From Histomonas meleagridis 2922-C6/04-290x (taxonomy: Eukaryota > Protista > Parabasalia), in contig JAANOX010000244.1 of the NCBI GenBank assembly GCA_020184695.1, positions 1 to 64,000 on the forward strand: 64,000 bases of DNA, in the 5' to 3' direction. Made by a program: the position numbers and the translations under genes. The notes below the pieces were generated by a model that did not search any database, was not told where the DNA came from, and saw only the letters and a program-made list of their open reading frames with translations. Positions 46,601 to 56,360 of this stretch are shown here, one piece after another. How positions within the stretch are numbered: position 1 is the stretch's first letter; every line of letters starts with the position of its first letter.

Positions 46601-49600
46601 CCAGTATCGATGCGAGAATTTGCATTAATATTAAGTCCTTATGAAGAAACTCAATTTGATCAATTATATTCAACACGATTAAATGATTTATCACAATTCA
46701 AAAATATATTATTTTCGAATGTAAGTCAAAATTCTCGATTAAATATTACTGCTAAAAAAGAAAACATTTCATTACCTTCATTAATGCCAAATCATTTATT
46801 TATCGAAGATTTATTTCCAATATTTCGAAACATTCAACAACAAACGCCTTTATTTATTGAGATGATATTATTTGTTATACAAAAAGGTACAAATTTTGCA
46901 AAAAAATCAATTTCAAATAATTTATTTTTATCTTATTTGGATGACGATAAGACAATGCCAAAATTCTTTTTTGAAATGACTGGATTTCCATTAAATTTCT
47001 TTGATAACTTTTTACCAGATGATGAAAAGATTTCATTCATATTAAGGATGAGTGAAATAACACAAATTATATCATATTTATTTAAGGCGAATTTTTTAAG
47101 TGAGCCATCAGTAATATCAAGTATATTACAAACTATCGAATCAATTAGTGATCCGAATATGAAAATCGAATTATTAGAGAATTGTATATTAAATGTTTGG
47201 TTATGGTGTAATTCATCACAAAATAATATTTATCGAATCATTCGATTGTTGGTTAATTTCTTTTCACATTTTAAGACACCAGTAGCAGGTAATCATTTAT
47301 TTATACAATTTTTAATACAAACTTATTGTTTGTTTTATTATTCATCGAAAGATTTTTCCATATTAAAATCAAATTGTTTTCGTGTTTTGGATTCTTTACC
47401 AATTGGTGATAATTGTATTAATACTCTTTATTTGATAATTAAAAATGATATAATTAATAATCGAATTGAATCAAATCAATATTTGGAATTTTTGTTTAAT
47501 ATCGTCGAACAACAAAAAGTGAAATTAAGTTTCGATATTTTGATCTTATTAACTGATTTAACTTCAATTGTTGAAGATGTTTCATTTGTTAATTTGATTG
47601 TTTTAATTATTTTATCAAATCGTGTTGAAAATTCCAGAAATTATTTGATGCAAATTGCTCTTAAATGTAAATCAATTTCAGTTTTGGATTGTATTAATGA
47701 TCCTATTGCTGATATTGTAATCATTAAATCTTTACGAGAAAATAAACAAATTAATAAAAATATGTTAACTCAAATTGAGTTACATTTTCTATGGTTTATG
47801 TTTCCGATGATTGCAATTTTGAAAGGTTTATTCGACGATATACCGTTTATATTAAATATATTATTTAAGTTCACAGCTGATGGATTTGTTAAGAATTATA
47901 CACGAATATTAAATTATATAATGATATTAAGGGCTTCTAATTTATTCCCTACAATTAGAGATTTCGAAGCAAGTATTGTATCAGATGTATTAATCTTTGT
48001 TAATTCGAATTCTGAAAAGTTTAATAAAAATCAATTGATATCAATCATTGCGAGATCATTAATAAGTTTATTCTTTAAGTTTACTGAGAAACGTACACAT
48101 TCTAAAGCAATATTACGAATATATAATAATGAAAGACAAGAAAATAAAAACAATGAAAATATAAACAATTTGTTTTCTATTGAATTATTAAACCAAATAT
48201 TTAATGATAAATTATTAAATTATGAATCCAAATTTTGGTTATCACATACCAAAAAATTTAATGAACATTTATTAAGGCAAATTGAAACATTATTAAAGTT
48301 ACCATATTTTAATGATAATGATAGTAATCCAATTATTATAAAGTTTATTATTAAATTTATACAAAATCGAACGCCAACAAAAACATTTCCTAAAATATCA
48401 TTAAAATTATTTTCATATTTACAAACTATTGCTAAAGATATTGATAAACAAACATATAAATTAGTCACTGAGATACAAATGTTTCTATTTCCTAAAGCAT
48501 CAATTAATTTACCAATGGAATTATTATCAAATCAAATCCAAAAAGAACGATTTCGATTTAAATCATTAATATCATATTCGAACATTGATATACCATTACA
48601 AATACCGAATGTTTCACCACAATATTTACATTTCCCATATCAAATCCGACCTAATTCCAAATGGAATCAAAACAATTATATTGAAGAACCGATTGAATTT
48701 ATATATAAAATATCTACGAAAAATACTAAAAATGAAATTCCAATGTTTTTTGCACAATGTGTTTTAGTCACATTAAAATCACGTAACTTAGTTACGTTAT
48801 CATTATTTGCTAAAGAGATACAAATAATGGAAATAGCTAAGCCGAGAATTATAATACCATTTCATACAATATTAACTATCTCTTGTATATCAAGTGAATT
48901 CTTCGAAATATATACAAGTGGTTGTTCAGCTTATTTAATTAATATGGAATCAAATGCTATGAATCAATTCTTTAATACTATAAAATTCCCTTTTAAAGTA
49001 TTACGAAATCAATTATTAGAAATTAATAAAATTATAAAATGTTGGAAAAATAGGAAAATCTCAAACTTCGATTTAATCATAGCATTAAATTTAATTAATG
49101 GTAATTCATTTAATGTAAGTACAAATTATCCATTTATGCCAATTATATTTGAAAACACTTTTATTTCCAAATTCGAAAAAATTAATTTCCAACAAAAAAA
49201 TGAGTTATTTAAACAATGGATATATAATAATTATGATGATAATGAAACGAAAATTGATTTCATTCAAGAATTCGATCGATTTAAACAAGTTAATTGTATT
49301 CTTCCACAATTTTATTATTACTTTAATAATTTATTAACTAAATTTGATACATTTAATGAATCGGAATTAATATATTTAATGTATGAAAGTCGAAAACAAA
49401 TCGAAACGAATAATATTAAAAATGATTTAATCGAATGGACACAAAAACAATTTAATGTTACATTACAATCAATAAAAGATAAGAAGAAACAAAAGAAAAA
49501 CATTTTAACATTAACAATTTTATCAGAAAATCGAATTTTGTTTTCGGAATTCTTTAAATCATCGAAGTTATTATGTATAATAGATAAAGATAATTCATTC

Positions 49601-50395
49601 AAGATCATTCATTATTATTGGCTATTTAATAACATTGGGATTAAAACTATTTTAAATATTAATCAAAAATTCTTTAAATCTGATTCATTAAGAATTTGTA
49701 TCTTTAATTCTTATGTTTTAATTTTGGATTCTGTAAATCGTTTAGGGTATCGAATAACAAATAATTATCAATTTGAATCTTTTGCATGTATGTTAAACAT
49801 TACATCTTTTTGTAGTATTAATAATTGTTTTGTATTTGTGCTCGATAAAATGTTAATAGCATTATCGAATAATAAAGAATTCCCTTTAAATTATGATATT
49901 ATAACATCTGAAACTGATGAAATTAAAGAAATAATTTCTTGTGATAAATTAAATTTAATCGCTTATAAAACGAATAAAAATAAAATTACTATTTTCTCAA
50001 TAAGTCATTCGAAAAATATTAAAAATATTTTGTTCGAAAAAGAGAAAATTCAAAAATTCATATTCACTAATGAATTCGGTTTTCTCGTTTGTATTACTAA
50101 TAAATTTTATTACGTGTTCGCTCCAAATGGTCACATGTTACTAAAGAAGAAATTCAAAATTTGCGTTTTGAATTTGTTCGCTTTTACTGATGAAAAATGG
50201 ATCGATCGAATTGTTTATGTGGATGACAAATATAACATTGTGTGCTTCGATGTGTTGTACCCACAAACAGATAAACATTTGTGTAATTTGGGTTCGGTGG
50301 CTTCAATTTCGTTCTGTAAATCAAAGCAAACTTTGGTAGTGTTCACGAACGATGGAAACTTAAACTCAATAAGATACCCACAAAGAAAAGAGTAA
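43679..50395 (+). CDS. Large BEACH-family-like protein (ARM/ConA-like region, PH, reduced BEACH, WD40-like tail)
   Basis: 2238 aa. IPDNKWTFFVV is ConA/LamG-like; WKNRKISNFDLIIALNLINGNSFNVSTNYPFMPII matches the BEACH start motif. Confidence 0.7.
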   Translation: MKKGFFRNSSKDKKQHKTELHPIAYLLKARNSKFHDFFPEGCVENDLSILEKLPFFTPQCIQDLSNYLKEGQTLYYSIHQVNFSYHFSTTELTDFLTKTDNARPLTISETILFMFNCLAWLNDIPTNTDIVDLKIFGDMINLLNITLTNFNQVYYLHIFFGLMTVYITQDLFPFSNHIIMIFIIHILKNQLIDDSYSNIILSLTQKCLETEDPEVINSILSTILYLLEKRSKTFQSLNSSSLIKTISKQIYDFDKTALGILFIVEKNSTNLPEIYNIYNTFFEIFLIHLMRKNSIEFPIEEVMKEKENSLVVGDSSDFKIPPEELIQSKTDLNESLSTKIKVNSYEIKLFIKNSTDEYLSILSNTIKNSHDLIYKSDYQIDLMIILSLLLKTFKKRNLSNELISLIFNSILFSTNNSIFSEKPISDKLNIIRNHIFNEIAKVDSTYFTPILGKFSSSPYLFAECIMRLTYIYGNSFFANSDILYDMICAAGILQQNFTFYGSGEKSLALKVIMSVLISLLENYEISKITFFNDKFFSFLINMLSDPPLFKIVFNSFINCLSKFDDLPVQIMDFLNMLLEHCLIHKNDKYFLDIAKEFIKGILHVISHNISLGNRFSPILNHCLMLLNEFSDKESLEFGYSLLSYISQTDPTFKISSKRFNLIADLVLKIEGNDPSESTFQYFINFLNASTNLAKGQMFLIQIPSFITLIFTLFSNQLKKTIDLFIQICLHSTQNIINCHKGELDYFLLMSLKGEFIYKKRKILLKYNDELIDDVLNLLKIMTSVCSSVLVNNTFISLIFPQDGKFLPIATKVLQSIHSVLSNVDDLGFQICSPNPVYIVNEIDPKIIENGFVFTFYAKIDVSYAQKFNGSFDFLHIFDKSNQYIDISQKQESFIVRYEGIKYRTTAKLKLPIPDNKWTFFVVFIRRELETNRIIVYFKVNDSYSDRIIFKENEFEGKVKIHIGRTCSSYLDEYSPVSMREFALILSPYEETQFDQLYSTRLNDLSQFKNILFSNVSQNSRLNITAKKENISLPSLMPNHLFIEDLFPIFRNIQQQTPLFIEMILFVIQKGTNFAKKSISNNLFLSYLDDDKTMPKFFFEMTGFPLNFFDNFLPDDEKISFILRMSEITQIISYLFKANFLSEPSVISSILQTIESISDPNMKIELLENCILNVWLWCNSSQNNIYRIIRLLVNFFSHFKTPVAGNHLFIQFLIQTYCLFYYSSKDFSILKSNCFRVLDSLPIGDNCINTLYLIIKNDIINNRIESNQYLEFLFNIVEQQKVKLSFDILILLTDLTSIVEDVSFVNLIVLIILSNRVENSRNYLMQIALKCKSISVLDCINDPIADIVIIKSLRENKQINKNMLTQIELHFLWFMFPMIAILKGLFDDIPFILNILFKFTADGFVKNYTRILNYIMILRASNLFPTIRDFEASIVSDVLIFVNSNSEKFNKNQLISIIARSLISLFFKFTEKRTHSKAILRIYNNERQENKNNENINNLFSIELLNQIFNDKLLNYESKFWLSHTKKFNEHLLRQIETLLKLPYFNDNDSNPIIIKFIIKFIQNRTPTKTFPKISLKLFSYLQTIAKDIDKQTYKLVTEIQMFLFPKASINLPMELLSNQIQKERFRFKSLISYSNIDIPLQIPNVSPQYLHFPYQIRPNSKWNQNNYIEEPIEFIYKISTKNTKNEIPMFFAQCVLVTLKSRNLVTLSLFAKEIQIMEIAKPRIIIPFHTILTISCISSEFFEIYTSGCSAYLINMESNAMNQFFNTIKFPFKVLRNQLLEINKIIKCWKNRKISNFDLIIALNLINGNSFNVSTNYPFMPIIFENTFISKFEKINFQQKNELFKQWIYNNYDDNETKIDFIQEFDRFKQVNCILPQFYYYFNNLLTKFDTFNESELIYLMYESRKQIETNNIKNDLIEWTQKQFNVTLQSIKDKKKQKKNILTLTILSENRILFSEFFKSSKLLCIIDKDNSFKIIHYYWLFNNIGIKTILNINQKFFKSDSLRICIFNSYVLILDSVNRLGYRITNNYQFESFACMLNITSFCSINNCFVFVLDKMLIALSNNKEFPLNYDIITSETDEIKEIISCDKLNLIAYKTNKNKITIFSISHSKNIKNILFEKEKIQKFIFTNEFGFLVCITNKFYYVFAPNGHMLLKKKFKICVLNLFAFTDEKWIDRIVYVDDKYNIVCFDVLYPQTDKHLCNLGSVASISFCKSKQTLVVFTNDGNLNSIRYPQRKE

Positions 50396-50777
50396 TGTGA
50401 AATAGTAAATGTTTTATGTTTTTTATTTTTGTTTTGTTTGTTAAATCATTTATAAATGTAATAGTCAAAAATATTGTTCCTCAAAATAGAATTTTAATAT
50501 TTTTATTTAGAAAAAATGTTTTCATAAGGTTCTTACATATTAAAAATTTTTGTTCCAGATTTATACTTAAATATTTCAATATATATTTTGAATAATAATA
50601 TAATATTCAATTTCCTTTAATAAATTATTTTTGCTTGTCGAAATTATCATATATTTGATAGCTTAATATATATTAAAGAGAAATTAGCGACAAGTTTTCA
50701 TTTTTTGTTTTTAATTATGAATTTCGAATGTTCAAGAAAAGGAAAATTTTTTTTACAAAATAATTTTATTAACATCC

Positions 50778-51386
50778 TTAAAAATTAACGCATGATTTCT
50801 TTTTGTTTTTAGGTGCAGGTTTATTATTATTTCGATTTGCAATTACAGCGCGAATTGAAGAATATATTACATCCATCATCGATTGTTTATCCAATACTGT
50901 GCATTCGACGTAATCATATGCACCGATTATATTTTTCATTTCTTCTCCATGATGTGCTGAAACAGGATGAGTAGGATAATCAAATTTAGAAGATATTGAA
51001 TTATATTCATCCCGAAGATCTCTTTTCATCCCAACTAATATATACGTTGCATATGGGCAATTGGATTTTATTTCTTGAATATAAATATTTCGGATGATTT
51101 TAAGTGATTCTGACCAAATTAGTGAAAAACATAACACAAAGACATCTGGCTTGAATTTTTCATATAAATATTTGCGCAATAATACCCGATCTTCAGTATA
51201 AGTACTGTCTATTATTTTAATAGCAAATTGGATTTTTTTATATTTTATGTTGGTGGTAAACATGTCAACACATACAGGCACATACTCACCTAGTGCTCTA
51301 TTGGCAAAGCATGAAAGTATAAAGGTTGATTTACCAACAGTATTACCACCAACGAACATGACTTTGATGGAGTTTTCTTCTTCCAT
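50778..51386 (-). CDS. Divergent Rho/Rac-family small GTPase
   Basis: GGNTVGKST P-loop, EYVPVCVD, DVFVLCFSL, LVGMKRDLR, YVECTV, and CaaX KKKSCVNF. Confidence 0.85.
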   Translation of the reverse strand: MEEENSIKVMFVGGNTVGKSTFILSCFANRALGEYVPVCVDMFTTNIKYKKIQFAIKIIDSTYTEDRVLLRKYLYEKFKPDVFVLCFSLIWSESLKIIRNIYIQEIKSNCPYATYILVGMKRDLRDEYNSISSKFDYPTHPVSAHHGEEMKNIIGAYDYVECTVLDKQSMMDVIYSSIRAVIANRNNNKPAPKNKKKSCVNF

Positions 51387-51414
51387 TACCTCAAAATGGC
51401 GTTATTAGCTGGCG

Positions 51415-54102
51415 GTGTGATCTTTAATTCAAATTTCGGCATCAAAGACCTCATAGAATATTTTGAATTAATGCATTGAGATGATTCTTTCAGAAAAAGT
51501 GGACCATCTAGAGGGATCCCTCAGCTGCCCAGACGTCAGTTTATATTTTTTTATATGATTATTCAAAGAAGGAGTATAAAGCCAAAGAATAATTACTTTA
51601 TTTTTGATATTGAAGAGGACCAAGATCGAAAAGAAGTAACGAGTGCATCATTAGGAAGTACCAATGTTATGTTACATAGAATGCATCGAATTTCTCTTGC
51701 TGATGGATGGGATGTTTTTAAGCTTCTCAATTTTCTTTCTTATTTTCCTGCTGATTTTTCATCAGAGAAAGTTCAAAGAACGACCAAAGATGGTTGCAAC
51801 AAAGTTATTAAAATTAAAAAAGAAAATGTGATTTACTTTGAAGTTTATGTAACAAATGGACTTGAAAAGCAAGCAGTATTTCTAAAAAATTGGGTTAATT
51901 GGATTGAACGAAATGGTTTTCATTATTGTGTAAAACAATTAAAATGGTCCCTTGAAAAAAATACTCATCATCTTTTATTAATATTTGCAAAATATTTTGC
52001 ACATACTGATAGAGCACCTTGTTATATTTTTCATGCTGTTTTTAAAGGATTATTCAAAAGGCCTGGAAGATATGATAAAGATCTTGCAGAAGAAACTGTA
52101 GAAGGAAAATTACAAAATATAGCAAAATCTTTACCAGGGTATGTTGAAATTGTTCTTCAAGATTATGTATAAAATGGATTCATTGTTGAAGATGGAAAAG
52201 TACTTCAAAGATTCACATGGGTTTGTTCATGGGTTGAAAATAGAATCAAACAAACTCATTATATCGAATTAGATGCATCCTTCAAGGCCACGAAGCCTTA
52301 CTGTTATTGTTGCATCAATAGTATTCGGAACAATGAATCGGTTCCAATAGCTTTATCAATTGAAATGAAAGAAAATTCACATCTTTACGAAAATGTTTAC
52401 TGTAGTATTGAGTCATTTGGTATTAGTTCTGAATTATTAAATTCCATTCCAATTTTGTCAGATATGGGAAACGGAATCATAAAATATTCAAAAAAAAAAA
52501 ATTTAACACATTTCTTTCGTCATCGACATATTCTTGAGATTTTTGGCAATCCAATTTTAAGGAACTGGGTACTCAGATTGCTTGAATGTGTCAAAGAAGA
52601 ACAATATATCCGACTTTGCCCTCAAATTTCAGAAGAAATGTTGATTTGGTGCAGTCAATTGGAACCTGAATCAATACCAGAAAAAATTAACTTAATATAT
52701 GAGATGCTTGACATCAATTCATCTCATTTACAATATAATGTAAAAAAATGGGCCTTATGGGAAAGAATCGGATTTCATGTAGGTCGTTGCACGAATCACA
52801 GTGAATCCTTTCATCATGTAATTAATTCACATTGTTTCATTCGAAATAATTTTTTGGATAGAGTAATAGGCATTACTAAAATGATAATTAAAAAATATAC
52901 AGAACAAGGAGAAGTTCATGGACGAACAATAAAGGATCGATTTTGGAAATATTCGCAATTTAAATCCACAGCAATAACAAAAGGATGGGATTTTTCTAAG
53001 TATTCATTAGATCATTGTGAGTGTGATTGGAATGATTATTATTCAAGTATCTTAGGTGTGAGATTTCCATGTATACATGAAATTTATAATAATATATTCA
53101 ATAGAGCACCATCACCACCAGAGCTTATTATAGAATCTTATTCACAAATAAATGAAGTAAAATTAATAGAAACACAAAAAGTAAGAAATCTTCCGAGAAT
53201 ATCAAATGAAATAGATACAACAAAAATGCCATTATAATCTAATGATGAAGAAATATCTCACAAGGTTTCAAGCTTTGTATATGAGGGTCCAAATACAAAA
53301 TATGCCAAAGAAGAATTCTGGAAAGTGGTTCGCGAACTGAAGGTGATGTATAAAATTGATAAACATGATGCAATTGATATTGTTATGAATGAGTTTGCGC
53401 AGTGGGGATTAAATGATGAGCAAACTGCTTCAATAACTAATATTGCTCATTTTAGAATTTCTTGTTGGAGTGTTGGGATTGAGTTTAAGGAAAAAAGAGA
53501 TAAAAGCCAACGACAGGGTAACAGTGATACACATTCTTAAAGTCTTTCACATATGAATAAACATCGAAGGTGAATAACAAATATTTTTGTTTCAATACAT
53601 AGTTTTGAGATTTAGTAATATACTTTCAATGACAAATGCATTCATTGCACGATAAAAAGAACAGAAAGCTCAAGGAAGATAAATAAATATTTTCATTCTA
53701 ATAAAATAGTATATAAAAGCTTTGAAATATTCAGATTTGGTGATAATACAATTATCTTTGGCTCTTCAAAGCCTTGTTTTGGTCTGAAAACGAGTGACAA
53801 TCAATTTTAAAACACTATGGTAGATAGTTAACAGAAACAGCAAGTATAATATTTCGTTAAATACTTTTGTGTTTAAAGCGGCGTTCATATTTAGCTCTTG
53901 GTAAACAAAAAGGTTCTTTCATTATTTTCTATAAATCTTCGTGAAGTCCAATCATTTGATAAGTCCGAGAAACATGTTTTAGAAGAAATGGTTTTTGGCG
54001 CTCAATAAACCGCGAACGAACTATCAGAAAAAATATTTCAATGCATTAATTCAAAATATTCTATGAGGTCTTTGATGCCGAAATTTCAATTAAACATCAC
54101 TC
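51415..54102 (+). mobile_element. Mutator-like (MULE) DNA transposon with about 65-bp terminal inverted repeats
   Basis: Left TIR 51415-51479 and right TIR 54038-54102 differ at about 3 positions (core AAATTTCGGCATCAAAGACCTCATAGAATATTTTGAATTAATGCATTGA). They enclose a transposase frame. No clean target-site duplication seen. Confidence 0.85.
51555..53540 (+). pseudogene. MULE DDE transposase, one frame with two internal TAA stops
   Basis: ORFs 51555, 52365 and 53325 share a frame. Motifs YIELDASF, ILSDMG, FFRHRHIL and CTNHSESFH. Stops at 52170-52172 and 53235-53237. Confidence 0.8.
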
Positions 54103-54387
54103 GTTCTTATCAAAAATAAATAAATGTGCATTCAAAATTGTCATAAGTTTGGAAATTTCTTTGTTCGAACATAAAGTCGCATAAACTATACAAAAATCAA
54201 TTTTTCATCACAAGAAACCATAATAATACTTGTAAGTTCCAAAGGTTAATGTTTTTTATAATATACCCGTTGAACGCCTTCACAGTATTTATTTTTTATT
54301 CAACTATAACACAATCCTAATATTTGATATTTAATCAGATTACAGAATCACACACATCAATAAAATAACACAAGCATTTTTTACAAT

Positions 54388-55413
54388 CTATTTGTCTATT
54401 TTATCATCCAATAGTTCTTCACAGTCTTCTTCTTCCCAGATATAAGACGATAGTAAATCAGTTATGACAAAAGCGCCTGACAAAACAGCAAAAGTGTACG
54501 CGATGTAAGTGAAAAACCTTTTTGACTCCGCCCTCACAACAACTGTGTAGGGCGTAAACTGGTAATCGAAGTACAACCCAGGAGCATTCCCCATTCCAGG
54601 AAGCGAAACGGTACTTGAAGGTATAACTGTGCAATCAAAACCATGATCTTTAATTTCTCCATTTTTAATGTATGTTACAGGTGTAGCCATTACGTAATAA
54701 TGATAATGTATTGGAAGTCGACTTCGCTGTACAAGCCTTACACCTTCAAGAGGTTGATAAGTTGTTGGGATTTTTGGGCCAAATCTGATTCGTTCGATTT
54801 TATGACTAAGATCAAAATGTGGAATCCGTCCAGAAAGATCATGAATATGACTGCCAACACGATCAGAGTTCTTTCCAGGTGCAATATGGAAAATTCCTCG
54901 AACTTTATTGACAGTGATTTTTCCTTTGATTAAACATTTTTCATCTGGAGAAATTCCAAGTTTTATCCGATCTAAACAATCGGTTTTTGGTTTTGGCCTC
55001 TTTCCCATAAGAAATGATATAATGTCAAGTTGATCTTCAACGCATTCATCTGCAAGTGAATGATTTGATATTCCGATAAATTTTCCAAATTTATTCAAAC
55101 GTCGCAAAGAAACTGTATTTGGTCCCATTTCCCCAAAACCAATTGTGTCAAATGAATCAACATGAAGATAAAAACATGGCATATTAACTATAATTGAAAT
55201 AGAAATATTAACTTTCTCATATGCATTAACTTCACTTTGCAATTGAATCCCTCTGTAAATTTTTGGCCTAATAAATGAAATAAACTCAGCAAAAATTAAT
55301 ATTGTACATAATACACTGAATAACCCAGAAAGCATGAAACTACGCTTTGAAGAAACGCGATCTTCTGAGTTTTGAAGCTTATCAAATAGGTCAAGCTCCT
55401 TTATAAACGACAT
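54388..55413 (-). CDS. ER-Golgi intermediate compartment / COPII cargo protein (Erv41/Erv46/ERGIC family)
   Basis: IKELDLFDK, NMPCFYLHVD, CLIKGKITVNKVRGIFHIAPG, FDLSHKIERIRFGP and PGLYFDYQFTP; two TMs. Confidence 0.9.
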   Translation of the reverse strand: MSFIKELDLFDKLQNSEDRVSSKRSFMLSGLFSVLCTILIFAEFISFIRPKIYRGIQLQSEVNAYEKVNISISIIVNMPCFYLHVDSFDTIGFGEMGPNTVSLRRLNKFGKFIGISNHSLADECVEDQLDIISFLMGKRPKPKTDCLDRIKLGISPDEKCLIKGKITVNKVRGIFHIAPGKNSDRVGSHIHDLSGRIPHFDLSHKIERIRFGPKIPTTYQPLEGVRLVQRSRLPIHYHYYVMATPVTYIKNGEIKDHGFDCTVIPSSTVSLPGMGNAPGLYFDYQFTPYTVVVRAESKRFFTYIAYTFAVLSGAFVITDLLSSYIWEEEDCEELLDDKIDK

Positions 55414-55666
55414 GTTCCGAGTTCTTTTTTTTCAATTTTTTGTGAAATGAGCTTAACGGTCGCTAATTTGGAGATAAAAAAATTTTTCTTTTGAATTAAG
55501 AAAATGATTTAGAGCTTAAACCTCAATGTCAATATCGCATAGAATGATTGTATCATGAAAGTATGCATATATTCATTTTAATCAAAAATTTAAATTATCA
55601 TATATGATCAAACATTAAAAATAATATTTTTGCATTTTTAAATATTTCGCTTTAGAAAAAAACCCA

Positions 55667-56320
55667 TTACTCTGCTTCGCGCATTCCTGCACTTTCATTT
55701 GGTTGAACAAATATAAGGAATAGAATATTAAAAAGAAGAAGGGCAATGTATCCTGCCAGATTCACTATAGCACAATAGATGGCTAACTCTGGAAGATGAT
55801 TATCCTTTAATTCTTTCAAAACACTTGTTTTACATCCTGTAATATTAAATTCTACATCATCCTCCCAAACCATTCTCTGCTCAGCATAAAGTGGACTTTC
55901 TGGTGACACGTAACATTGGTACGTGAATGTAATGGTATTAATAACAGATTGGAATTCGTGCGTTTCAGAAACATTTCCTATGGTATAATTTGCAGCAAAT
56001 TCGAGATTTTCTGCAGCTGAATAGTTTAGTGCTGAAATAATTGTCATTAAAAATATGAAAAATGTATAAGATCCTTGCCAGCATGTGTTAACCTTTGAAA
56101 TGCCTGTTAATCCCATTGGAACAATGAATAGAGAGAGAATTACGTTCATTAGTGTTGTAGGTTTGTAAAGCCAGAAAACTAATCCTTCCCATACAGTATT
56201 TGGTATATTTAAAATAGCTACAGCTCCACTAATAATAATAAGGACTGCAGAAACCGAGTAAACAGGGATTAAAATTTGTGCCAGAGCTTTTGAAGTCAAA
56301 GTAAACCTCTTGAACCCCAT
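55667..56320 (-). CDS. Tetraspanin-like four-TM protein
   Basis: Three N-terminal TMs, a large loop with QCY and GC cysteines, and a fourth TM; 217 aa. Confidence 0.55.
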   Translation of the reverse strand: MGFKRFTLTSKALAQILIPVYSVSAVLIIISGAVAILNIPNTVWEGLVFWLYKPTTLMNVILSLFIVPMGLTGISKVNTCWQGSYTFFIFLMTIISALNYSAAENLEFAANYTIGNVSETHEFQSVINTITFTYQCYVSPESPLYAEQRMVWEDDVEFNITGCKTSVLKELKDNHLPELAIYCAIVNLAGYIALLLFNILFLIFVQPNESAGMREAE

Positions 56321-56360
56321 TTGAGCTAAAATTACAAAGGTTAATCGGGGTGCCCTGTTT

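Noticed and set aside
51555-53540. Stop-codon reassignment (TAA as sense) suggested by in-frame TAAs in the transposase and relics
   Set aside because: UBA1, RPT1, STT3 and RPL18A all terminate at TAA at the expected positions and have no internal stops.
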